Part shown: positions 7,503-15,796 of the stretch, in pieces
Position numbering within the stretch: the stretch's first letter is position 1
How the letters are laid out: every line of letters begins with the position of its first letter
Origin: Acidimicrobiia bacterium
Lineage (GTDB): Bacteria > Actinomycetota > Acidimicrobiia > Spongiisociales > Spongiisociaceae
Length of the DNA stretch: 25,201 nucleotides
NCBI GenBank assembly: GCA_041576165.1
Contig: JBFGLM010000060.1
Location: forward strand, 1-25,201
Direction of reading: 5' to 3'
Position numbers and translations under genes: made by a program
The notes under the pieces: model-generated
Seen by the model: the letters and a program-made list of their open reading frames with translations, nothing else
What the model was told of the DNA's origin: nothing
Databases searched by the model: none

Positions 7503-9584
7503 TCAGTCGCTCACCAGACGACGAACCGCCGTCGCGACCATATCCGGTGTTATCAGCGCATGAGGCTCGATGGCGAACTGCGGCCACGGGGCGTCGGTGG
7601 CCGCCAGTCGCCGGACTGGAGCGTCGAGGTCCCATCCGCACCGCTCGCCGACTTCGGCTGCGATCTCGGCCGCCACTCCACCCGAGCGCTGCGGCTCTTG
7701 GACCACCAGGGCCCGGCCGGTGCGGCGAATGCTCGCAGTGACTGTTTCGATGTCCCACGGGTAGATGGTGCGCAGATCAATGACCTCGGCCTCGATGCCG
7801 TCCGCGGCCAGGCTGTTCGCTGCCGAAATACACGCGGGCACCATACCGCCATAGGTGATCACGGTGGCGTCCCGACCATGGCGGGCGAGCCTCGCCCGGC
7901 CCAGTGGGATCTCATAGGGCTCGGTCGGTACCTCTTCCCGGCCTTGCCGGTACAACACCTTCGGTTCCAGGAAGATGACTGGGTCGTTAGAGCGGAGCGC
8001 CGCAGTCAGCAAGCCTTTGGCGTCGTATGGGTTGGACGGCGAAACGACGACCAGGCCCGGCGCGTGCATGAAGTACGCCTCAGGGGAGTCGCAATGGTGT
8101 TCGTGTGCACCGATCCCGGCTCCATTGGGAAAGCGCACGACGACGGGCACGTCGACGTGGCCCCTGGTCCGGAACCGGAGACGGCCCAGGTGACTGACGA
8201 TTTGATCGAAGGCGGGATACACAAACCCGTCGAACTGGATCTCGGCCACCGGGCGCCCGCCGGCAACCGCCATCCCGATGGCGGTACCCACGATGCCGGA
8301 CTCGTTCAGTGGTGTGTCGATCACACGGTCCTCGCCGAACCTGGCCTGCAGACCGTCGGTGATACGGAAGACGCCACCGGCCTGGCCGACGTCCTCGCCG
8401 AGCACCACCACAGCGTTGTCGCGGCTCATCTCATCGGCCAGCGCGCGGTTGATAGCATCCGCCATGGTCATCGACTCGGTGGGCCCTGCCGGATCCGGCT
8501 CGGCGCCCACGGCCCAGACCTCCCCCGCCTCGACGACACTCCGGTCCTCTTCCCGCATCGCGTCGAGGTCGTGCAGTTGGTCAACCAGCAGCTGCGGAAT
8601 TCGTGTGTAGGCGTGACGGATGATGTCGTCCCGGCCGGGAGCCGTCTCGGCTTCGAGAGCCTCGAGCGTCCGTTCAAAACTGGCGCCCGCCTCGTGTTCG
8701 ATCTCGCGATCGAGGTCCTCCGACAGGACTCCGCGGTCCATGAGGAACCGCTGCATCCGGGGTAGCGGATCCTTTTCCCGCCACGATGCCTCTTCCGCCT
8801 CGCTGCGATACCGCCGGGCGTCGTCAGCAGTCGCATGGGCACCAAACCTGTAGCAGACGGCCTCGATCAGCGTCGGTCCGCGGCCGCTGCGTGCCCGTTC
8901 GACTGCCTCTTGCGTTGCGGAGTACATCGCGAGGACGTCCATACCATCGACCCGGATGCCCGGCATGCCGTACGCAGCCGCCTTGGCGGCGATCGTCTCC
9001 GACGCGGTCTGCTTCTCATATGGCACCGAGATCGCGTAGAAGTTGTTCTGGCAGATGAATACCGTCGGGGTCTTCCACACGCCGGCGAAGTTCAGTCCGG
9101 AGTGGAAGTCGTTCTCGGACGTGCCGCCGTCTCCGATATAGGCGCCGGTGACGACCCCGCGACCGGAGCGACGGGCGTGGTAGGCATGGCCCACCGCGTG
9201 GGGGAGATGTGAGCCGATCGGCACCGCAATGGCCATCATGCCGTACTCATGCGGGTCCCACCGCACGTTGGGCATCCCGCGCCAGTACGTCAGCACGACT
9301 TCGAGCGGGACGCCTCGTGTGAGCTGGACCCCGAGTTCGCGATAACCCGGATAGATGAAGTCCTGGGGCCCGAACGCGGCCGCCGAGCCGACCTGGGCGG
9401 CTTCGTGGCCTTCGAGCATGGCATACGTCCCGAGTCGTCCCTGGCGTTGAGCCGCATACGCCCGGCGGTCAACGACGCGAGACCAGACCATGAACCGGTA
9501 GATATCGAGCAGTTCCTTGTCGTCGAGATCGGGCAACGGCCCGACGAGCGAGCCGTCTGGGGCGAGAACTTGGCGCAGCTCCAT
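7503..9584 (-). CDS. Fused 2-oxoacid (pyruvate/branched-chain) dehydrogenase E1 alpha+beta
   Basis: Alpha part: QRQGRLG, GHEAAQ, TPP motif GDGGTSE...QNN, YRFGAHATADD. Beta part: GEDVG, DTPLNESGIVG, EIQFDGF, FLEPK, IDLRTI. One open frame; ATG at 9584 after AAGGAG. Confidence 0.92.
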   Translation of the reverse strand: MELRQVLAPDGSLVGPLPDLDDKELLDIYRFMVWSRVVDRRAYAAQRQGRLGTYAMLEGHEAAQVGSAAAFGPQDFIYPGYRELGVQLTRGVPLEVVLTYWRGMPNVRWDPHEYGMMAIAVPIGSHLPHAVGHAYHARRSGRGVVTGAYIGDGGTSENDFHSGLNFAGVWKTPTVFICQNNFYAISVPYEKQTASETIAAKAAAYGMPGIRVDGMDVLAMYSATQEAVERARSGRGPTLIEAVCYRFGAHATADDARRYRSEAEEASWREKDPLPRMQRFLMDRGVLSEDLDREIEHEAGASFERTLEALEAETAPGRDDIIRHAYTRIPQLLVDQLHDLDAMREEDRSVVEAGEVWAVGAEPDPAGPTESMTMADAINRALADEMSRDNAVVVLGEDVGQAGGVFRITDGLQARFGEDRVIDTPLNESGIVGTAIGMAVAGGRPVAEIQFDGFVYPAFDQIVSHLGRLRFRTRGHVDVPVVVRFPNGAGIGAHEHHCDSPEAYFMHAPGLVVVSPSNPYDAKGLLTAALRSNDPVIFLEPKVLYRQGREEVPTEPYEIPLGRARLARHGRDATVITYGGMVPACISAANSLAADGIEAEVIDLRTIYPWDIETVTASIRRTGRALVVQEPQRSGGVAAEIAAEVGERCGWDLDAPVRRLAATDAPWPQFAIEPHALITPDMVATAVRRLVSD

Positions 9585-9663
9585 GAGCAGCTCCTTCTGG
9601 TCGACAGCCTGCGCTCTCATCGTGCCGTATCTCGTCGTTTTGCGCAACAGGAGCGGAATCTGC

Positions 9664-9678
9664 TGACCATTCTGCTCA
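9664..9678. promoter_or_regulatory. Candidate Lrp/AsnC operator (TGNNCA-N3-TGNNCA)
   Basis: TGACCATTCTGCTCA in the divergent promoter region between the E1 gene and the Lrp gene. Confidence 0.3.
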
Positions 9679-9782
9679 AGGTAGCTACGCTTGGCCGGGC
9701 ACAGATTGGTCGATCTGCACCTGCGAATCGGCCGCACGGCCCGGCGCCCGGCCGGCCCGCCCGACTGCAAGCGAGGAGAAAC

Positions 9783-10250
9783 ATGGCGATCGACTCGCTG
9801 GACCGGCGGATCCTCGAAACGCTCCGTACCCAGCCGCGGGTGAGTGTGCTCGAGCTGGCCCGGCTGGTGGGCGCGGCTCGCAACACCGTGTACGCCCGGA
9901 TCGAGCGGATGGAACGACAGGGAATCATCACCGGCTTCGGCCCCGACCTGGACGTGGTGGCCCTTGGGTATTCGGTCACCGCGTTTACCACCATCGAGGT
10001 GATCCAGGGACGGTTCGGGGAGGTGGTGATGCGACTGGAGGAGATTCCGGCCGTGCTGGAAGTGCACACGATCGCGGGCGCGGGTGACCTACTTTGCCGG
10101 GTCGTCGCCCGTTCCAACGAGGAGTTGATGGAGCGGCTCGAGGAGATCCTGGCGATCCCCGGTGTGGACCGCACCACTACCTCGATTGCGCTGGCCCGTC
10201 CCATTCGGTACCGGCCGCACGTGTTGCTCGATGGTTATCCCACGGAGTGA
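9783..10250 (+). CDS. Lrp/AsnC family transcriptional regulator (BkdR-like)
   Basis: IDSLDRRIL...SVLELARLVGAARNTVYARIERMERQGII...EVHTIAGAGDLLCRV; AGGAG RBS; divergent from E1. Confidence 0.92.
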   Translation: MAIDSLDRRILETLRTQPRVSVLELARLVGAARNTVYARIERMERQGIITGFGPDLDVVALGYSVTAFTTIEVIQGRFGEVVMRLEEIPAVLEVHTIAGAGDLLCRVVARSNEELMERLEEILAIPGVDRTTTSIALARPIRYRPHVLLDGYPTE

Positions 10251-10522
10251 GGCCCTGGGGGCCGGGCTGCCTCCATACAGGTCACACCGTTCGGTCCCAC
10301 GGTCGCCGCGTGGCGGGTGCCGGGGGGCAGGTCGAGGCGGTCACCGGGCCTGAGCGGCGCATCCCCCTCCTCGGTGTGAAACACGATCGAGCCGGCCACA
10401 CACACCAGCACCTTGTGGTACGGATGGTCATGCCATCCATACTCGTATCCCGGATCGTTCGACCAGGTCAATGGCTCCAGTCCCTCGTCGGCGAAGACGC
10501 GACGAGCAGCTTCCGGCGCCAC
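10235..10522 (-). CDS. Small cupin-domain protein
   Basis: WHDHPYHKVLVC...GSI...LRPGDRLDLPPGTRHAA cupin motifs. Confidence 0.8.
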   Translation of the reverse strand: MAPEAARRVFADEGLEPLTWSNDPGYEYGWHDHPYHKVLVCVAGSIVFHTEEGDAPLRPGDRLDLPPGTRHAATVGPNGVTCMEAARPPGPHSVG

Positions 10523-10528
10523 GGGCCG

Positions 10529-11017
10529 CTAATTGACCAGGCGGATCGTGAACGGGTAGCGGTAGTACTCGCCGTTGGAGGCCTTGACAGCGCCGATGAT
10601 GACCAGGACGAACCACGTGATCCCGACGATCGGTATGGTCAGGAACGCTCCCACGAGGAAGAGCGCCAGCCCCACGATCAATGCCACGATGAACCAGATG
10701 AAGAACGAGATGTTGAAATTCACTGCCTCTTTGCCGTGATAGTCGACATAGGGCATCGTGTCCTTCTTCATCAACCATATGATGAGCGGCGCGAGGATGC
10801 TGATGCCCGGGATCGGGACCACGAAGGTGAGAAACGCCGACGCGTGGGCACCGATGGCCCATCCCCGTTCCTCTGAGCTGATACTGAGCGGCCCGCCGGT
10901 GTCCGCCGGCATGGGCGGGGCCGAGGCTGCGTCCTCGAACTCGGGCGGCACTGGGGGTAGCTCCGAATCACCGATGGGAACCTCTTCGAAGCCGTCCCGG
11001 TCGAACTCAGACATCAT
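10529..11017 (-). CDS. DUF4870 family membrane protein
   Basis: EERGWAIGAH...PLIIWLMKKD...HGKEAVNFNIS...GEYYRYPFTIRLV. Start at 11017 or 11014 after GAGGTG. Confidence 0.88.
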   Translation of the reverse strand: MMSEFDRDGFEEVPIGDSELPPVPPEFEDAASAPPMPADTGGPLSISSEERGWAIGAHASAFLTFVVPIPGISILAPLIIWLMKKDTMPYVDYHGKEAVNFNISFFIWFIVALIVGLALFLVGAFLTIPIVGITWFVLVIIGAVKASNGEYYRYPFTIRLVN

Positions 11018-11181
11018 GCACCTCATTCCATCGGCGATCGCGGGGGAGCGTCGAGGCCGCCTGCCGCCCATCTGCCCTCCAACGGTACTCGACCGGTCCG
11101 GGGATCGGGACCTACTCGGGCTGCCGGCCGGGATCGATCATGCTTCAGACCACCGAGCCCGGCCCGTTCAACGCTCCGGGC

Positions 11182-11802
11182 TCAGGCGGCCGGGGTCAAG
11201 GTCGCAGTGGCGAAGACCACGTGGAACGGGTCGCAGTAGATGGTGATGGTGACGGGTCCGGTGAGGTCGAGGTCGGGCGGCAATTCGTAGTTCTGATTGC
11301 CGATGTTCCCTTTCAACCCGCTCAGATCCGAGTAGCCGGCGGCTTCGAGATCCTCCCGGCTCCCGATCGCATCGGTCGGGCTGATCAGCACGTGGAGGTC
11401 GGGACCATTCGTGACCTCGAAGTCCTCGAAGCGCAAGGTGCGGGAGCCGTCATCGAGCTGGTAGATCGTCGCCGTGCCCGAGCCTTGATGAGAGCTGTCC
11501 GCTCCTGTGAAGCTTCCGGAGTACAGAGCCACCGGGGCGGCACCGGTCGATCCCGTGACGGCGTCGGAATCCGCTGCCTCGTCGGCGGCGGCCTCGTCGG
11601 CGGCGGCCTCCTCGTCGGCTGCCGTGTCGTCCATTGCGGATGCGTCGGCGACCGCGGGGAATGCTTCGTCGACCACCGTGTCGAGGAACAGTGGTGATCC
11701 CAGCCACCAGGCCAGGGCCAGGACGGGGACGGCCAGCACGGCGGCCGGGATCAGTACGGAACGGCGTTTGTAGATGGGCGGGCGGGTGGCCGTTTGGCTC
11801 AT
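11182..11802 (-). CDS. DM13 domain-containing membrane-anchored protein
   Basis: SPLFLDTVVDEAFP, GSF...HQGSG, LRFEDFEVTNGPDLHV, LKGNIGNQNY, IYCDPFHVVFATA. Confidence 0.9.
   Translation of the reverse strand: MSQTATRPPIYKRRSVLIPAAVLAVPVLALAWWLGSPLFLDTVVDEAFPAVADASAMDDTAADEEAAADEAAADEAADSDAVTGSTGAAPVALYSGSFTGADSSHQGSGTATIYQLDDGSRTLRFEDFEVTNGPDLHVLISPTDAIGSREDLEAAGYSDLSGLKGNIGNQNYELPPDLDLTGPVTITIYCDPFHVVFATATLTPAA
11576..11619. repeat. In-frame 15-bp tandem repeat in the DM13 linker
   Basis: GCCTCGTCGGCGGCG x2 plus a partial copy, encoding ADEEAAADEAAADEA. Confidence 0.6.
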
Positions 11803-11928
11803 CGATCATCTCCTTGACGTTGTTGGGTGTTCCAACGGTCAAGGTGATTGTCGGATTTCGGAACAAAGAAGAAACGCCGGACGAGCGCGCCGAAGGTGTG
11901 TGTTGGCGCACCTTCCTCGTTCGATGAT

Positions 11929-12945
11929 TCAGTCGCCGAGCAACTCTTCTTCAATCACATCGAGCACCGGCTCGAGCAACGTCGATTCGCACGGATGGTT
12001 GGCTGCAACTGCGGCTCGCTCCTCGTCCTGGAGCTTCTGCAGCGCTTCGAGGTCGGCTCCAGTCAATTCCTCCGGATCTCGGCCTTGCATGATCGAGTCG
12101 TAGCGAGCTTGCAGGTCGAAATCGATGTCGTCCGGGTGGCCGTAGACGAAACCGGCCTCACTCATACACTGCGACCAGGCCTCCAGCGCGGCCACCGCCC
12201 GCGGGTCCTGCAACACGTACGCGTCTGCCGGATTGAAGTAGGTGGTCGCCATCTCCTCTGGGGTGAACAGCTGCTCCACCGCGGCGCGGGTGCACCCGCC
12301 GGTACGAGAGAAATTCTCGGATTCGAGCGCAAACGCGAACGTAGCCGTGCGGTCTGTGCCCCACAGCGTTCGTTCGTAGGCAACCCGGTCGGCTTCGCTC
12401 AGGCCGTCCAGGATTCGCTGGTTTTGTTCACCGAGCCCGATGGTGACGATCGGTTTGTCGGGCTGGGTGGTGATCCCGTGCCCGTACTGCGCTCGGTACT
12501 CAGCCTCGCTCAGACCCGGCGCGGACTTGTCGCTCGTCATGGCGCGACGAATCGTGGAGAAATCAACCGGTATGTACTCGAATCCTGCGTCGGCCATGCA
12601 GCGACCGATGAGTGCCTCGGCCTCCTCGATGCGGCGGGTGAGTTCGGCCATGGTGAGGCCAAACTCCTCGGTTCCGTAGGTGTTTCCCTGAGCCGCGGCA
12701 AATGCCGCACTGGCCCGATCGACCGCCGATATGTACGCGTCCTCGACAACCGACGCAGTTCCCTCGGTTGCGTTCGCGGCATCATTCGACACCGCCGCCG
12801 TAGAGGTGGCAGTGGCATCAGAGGGGGCAGGAGCTGCGGCAGCCGGAGCCGCTGCTGTGTCAGGTATCGTGATTGTTTCGTTGCCGCACGAGGCCGCGAT
12901 GAGCAGCACCGCGCACCCCGCGAGGATTGCCTTGGTCCGCTTCAT
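11929..12945 (-). CDS. Putative lipoprotein, paralog of the upstream gene
   Basis: MKRTKAILAGCAVLLIAASC lipobox; CMADAGFEY, GGCTR, DPR...W..CM motifs; ATGA overlap with the upstream stop. Confidence 0.85.
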   Translation of the reverse strand: MKRTKAILAGCAVLLIAASCGNETITIPDTAAAPAAAAPAPSDATATSTAAVSNDAANATEGTASVVEDAYISAVDRASAAFAAAQGNTYGTEEFGLTMAELTRRIEEAEALIGRCMADAGFEYIPVDFSTIRRAMTSDKSAPGLSEAEYRAQYGHGITTQPDKPIVTIGLGEQNQRILDGLSEADRVAYERTLWGTDRTATFAFALESENFSRTGGCTRAAVEQLFTPEEMATTYFNPADAYVLQDPRAVAALEAWSQCMSEAGFVYGHPDDIDFDLQARYDSIMQGRDPEELTGADLEALQKLQDEERAAVAANHPCESTLLEPVLDVIEEELLGD

Positions 12946-13832
12946 CCGCTCACCGGTGCTCCGAAGATCTCGATCTCGACCTGCCGCACCGCGATGTCGA
13001 CGGGCTCCTGGCACTCCAGATCCTTCAACGCAACCGCGATCTCGTCGTCCTGGAGTTGCCGCAGAGCGTCGAGGCGGGATCCCGTGAGCTCTTCGGGATC
13101 ATCGTCGCCGGCGACCACGTCTGACTGCTCTTCAAATTCCTCGATGATTTCGTCCTGGTCAGTGTATTCGTATCCGGCATCGGCCATGCAGTCGGCCCAT
13201 CGTTGCTCGGCCTTGGCGACGCGCGGGTCTGATTCGACGAGGACATCCTTCGGGTTGACGAACGTCCCGGTTCGCATCTCGGCCGGGAACACCTGGTCGA
13301 TAGCCTCCCTGGTGCATCCCCCGGTCGACGTGAAATCCTCGTCATCCAGTGTGATCGCAAACGTCGCGTCGGTATCCTCACCGAACAGGGATCGGTCGTA
13401 GGCCACCTGATCGGCCGGCGCAAGGTCCTCGTAGATTCTCAGGTTCTGGGAGCCGAGCCCGACATCGCGGGCCGGAAAGTCGAACCTGGTCGTGATGCCG
13501 TAGCCCCATTGTGATTTGTACTCCTCCCGGGTCAGCGACGGATCGCGCCGCAACCACTCCTCGACCTCGAGGAACGCAGTGACGTCGACAGGGACGTATT
13601 CGAATCCGGCATCAGCCATGCAGGACGCGATCAGCGCTTCGGTCGCGTCGACGCTGGCGGCGAACTCCTCGTCGGTCAGCCCAAACGCCTGTGTTCCTGG
13701 GAGATCTGTTGCGGGCTGTGCAGTGCCGGACGTGGGTAGAGTCCGAGCTTGCGCCGAGTCAGAACCCCCACCACATGCGATCAGGATGAGGGCCCATGCC
13801 GCAGCGAGAACATTCACGCGAATCGTCACCAT
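12942..13832 (-). CDS. Putative lipoprotein
   Basis: LIAC lipobox and the same four-Cys pattern as its paralog. ATG at 13832 after AAGGAAG (alternative 13844). Confidence 0.85.
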   Translation of the reverse strand: MVTIRVNVLAAAWALILIACGGGSDSAQARTLPTSGTAQPATDLPGTQAFGLTDEEFAASVDATEALIASCMADAGFEYVPVDVTAFLEVEEWLRRDPSLTREEYKSQWGYGITTRFDFPARDVGLGSQNLRIYEDLAPADQVAYDRSLFGEDTDATFAITLDDEDFTSTGGCTREAIDQVFPAEMRTGTFVNPKDVLVESDPRVAKAEQRWADCMADAGYEYTDQDEIIEEFEEQSDVVAGDDDPEELTGSRLDALRQLQDDEIAVALKDLECQEPVDIAVRQVEIEIFGAPVSG

Positions 13833-13875
13833 TACTTCCTTCATGACGGCAACCGCGTATTTCTATGCCCGGTCA

Positions 13876-13924
13876 CCTGACCCGGCGCTGACTACGGGCG
13901 CGTTTCAGTCAGCAACGAGTCAGG
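13876..13924. promoter_or_regulatory. Pair of mirror-image direct-repeat boxes in a divergent promoter
   Basis: CTGAC-N6-CTGAC at 13877-13892 and its inverse GTCAG-N6-GTCAG at 13908-13923. Confidence 0.6.
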
Positions 13925-13946
13925 TTTTCGGCGCGACAGTGGCGGC

Positions 13947-15116
13947 ATGAAGCGCACCCGGCTTGTGCTGCTGGTGATGGCGGCAATGGTCATCGCTGCT
14001 GTGGCAGGCTGGGTGGCCGGCACGACCATCCAGTCCCCGGCGGAAGCTGCCGCTCAGACGGCAGCGCCCGAGCCGTCGCCGATCCTCGTCCCTGCGGAAA
14101 TGCGGGAGCTGTCCACCGACATCGTCACCCGTGGGACCGGACGGTTCGGTTCCCCCCAGTCAGTGGCGCAAGCACCGTCGGCTCTCAAGCCCGACGCCGG
14201 CATCGTCACCGCAACGCCCGATCCCGGTGCCGAACTGGCCAGCGGCGACGTGGTCGCACGGGTGGCCGGTCGTCCTGTGTTCCTCCTCGCAGGCGAGGTT
14301 CCATCGTTTCGGGACCTTGGGCCCGGGATGAAAGGCGCCGACGTGCTCCAACTCGAACAGGCTCTGGCCGATCTGGGATACGACCCGGGGCCGGTCGACG
14401 GGCAATATGACGCGGCCACGGGTGAAGCCGTCGCCGACCTCTACCGCTCCTCGGGACATGAGCCGGTCGTTGCCACATCCGGAGAGCTCGCAGAGATCCA
14501 GCCTCCATTGGCGAATCTGATCGAAGGAGCAACCATCGGAGCGGGTGTGCTCGTTCCTGCCGATGAGGTTCTTTTCCTGGCAAGCCCGTCTGTCCGCGTG
14601 TCCGAAGTCTTGGTTCGTCCCGGGATGAGAGCCGAAGGCGATCTGATGACCGTCACTGATGCGAATGTGGCCATCGACAGTTCAGTCCCGATTGAGAGCG
14701 CCGGTCTGGTGGCTACCGGGATGCGAGTGTCGATTGACGAACCCGACCTGGGGATCGAGGCCGAGGGTGTCATCTCGTTCGTCGCGGCCGGGCCCGGCAC
14801 GAATGATGTCGACGGCTTCCACGTCTATTTCGAGGTTGCAGTTCCTGCCGCACCGCCCAATCTGATCGGCGCCTCCATGCGGCTGACCATACCGACGGAA
14901 TCGACCGGGGGTCCGGTACTTGCCGTGCCCATCAGTGCGCTCACGCTCGGTGCTGATGGCGCTTCCCGGGTGCAGGTGAGCCGGGATGGGAACCTCTCGT
15001 TCATCGAAGTTCGCCCCGGCCTGTCGGCCCAGGGTTTTGTCGAGGTGGCGCCGCTCGGCGGAAGGCTCGAGGCCGGCGATCTCGTGGTGATCGGATTCGA
15101 GACGCCCGCCGCATGA
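13947..15116 (+). CDS. Peptidoglycan-binding-domain membrane fusion/adaptor protein of an ABC exporter
   Basis: N-terminal TM; FRDLGPGMKGADVLQLEQALADLGYDPGPVDGQYDAAT PG-binding motif; C-terminal LAVPISAL...LEAGDLVVIG. Confidence 0.87.
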   Translation: MKRTRLVLLVMAAMVIAAVAGWVAGTTIQSPAEAAAQTAAPEPSPILVPAEMRELSTDIVTRGTGRFGSPQSVAQAPSALKPDAGIVTATPDPGAELASGDVVARVAGRPVFLLAGEVPSFRDLGPGMKGADVLQLEQALADLGYDPGPVDGQYDAATGEAVADLYRSSGHEPVVATSGELAEIQPPLANLIEGATIGAGVLVPADEVLFLASPSVRVSEVLVRPGMRAEGDLMTVTDANVAIDSSVPIESAGLVATGMRVSIDEPDLGIEAEGVISFVAAGPGTNDVDGFHVYFEVAVPAAPPNLIGASMRLTIPTESTGGPVLAVPISALTLGADGASRVQVSRDGNLSFIEVRPGLSAQGFVEVAPLGGRLEAGDLVVIGFETPAA

Positions 15117-15796
15117 GCGAGAAGGCCCCGATCGTGGCCGTCGAGAACGTCAGCCGGACCTACGGTGACGGGGCCCCCGTACAAGCTCTCCGTGATGTAA
15201 CTCTCACCATCGACGAAGGCGAATGGCTCGCGGTGATCGGTCCTTCGGGATCGGGGAAGTCGACCCTGCTGAACATCCTGGGCCTGCTGGACCGGCCAAG
15301 TACAGGCACGTATCGCCTGGCGGGCACCGAAACCGATCCCCTCTCGGACCGGGAGCGGGCTGGGCTGAGGAGCCGGGCGATCGGTTTCGTGTTCCAGTCC
15401 TTTCACCTGATGGCTCACCGGTCGGTTGTGGAGAACGTCATGCTGGCCGACGTATACCGGGCGGGCTCACGACGTGACCGACGCGACCGCGCAGTCGCGG
15501 CGCTCGACCGCGTGGGGCTGGGTCATCGGGCCGCGTATCTTCCTCCCCTCCTCTCAGGGGGTGAGCGCCAGCGGGCGGCAATAGCGCGAGCCATCCTCGG
15601 ACAGCCGCGCCTCCTGCTGTGCGACGAACCGACGGGCAACCTCGATTCGACGACGTCGTCGGCCATCCTCGACCTGTTCGGCAACATGCACCAGGACGGC
15701 CTCACGATTGTGATGATCACGCACGACGCCGAGGTCGCCGGACAAGCCGAGCGTCAGGTCAGCATCATCGACGGCCGGCTGGAAGCCGTGGCATGA
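15113..15796 (+). CDS. ABC transporter ATP-binding protein (MacB/LolD type)
   Basis: GPSGSGKST, IGFVFQSFHL, LSGGERQR, LLCDEPTGNLD, ITHD. Confidence 0.95.
   Translation: MSEKAPIVAVENVSRTYGDGAPVQALRDVTLTIDEGEWLAVIGPSGSGKSTLLNILGLLDRPSTGTYRLAGTETDPLSDRERAGLRSRAIGFVFQSFHLMAHRSVVENVMLADVYRAGSRRDRRDRAVAALDRVGLGHRAAYLPPLLSGGERQRAAIARAILGQPRLLLCDEPTGNLDSTTSSAILDLFGNMHQDGLTIVMITHDAEVAGQAERQVSIIDGRLEAVA

Noticed and set aside
7560-8765. 401-aa + strand ORF (and similar ones at 20211-21164 and 19231-19803)
   Set aside because: Antisense to well-supported genes; no recognisable domains.
9585-10067. N-terminal extensions of the E1 ORF (to 10067) and Lrp ORF (from 9249) suggesting a long overlap
   Set aside because: Strong RBSs support starts at 9584 and 9783; the extensions are non-homologous open frames.
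11848-13401. 517-aa + strand ORF
   Set aside because: Antisense shadow of the two lipoprotein genes.
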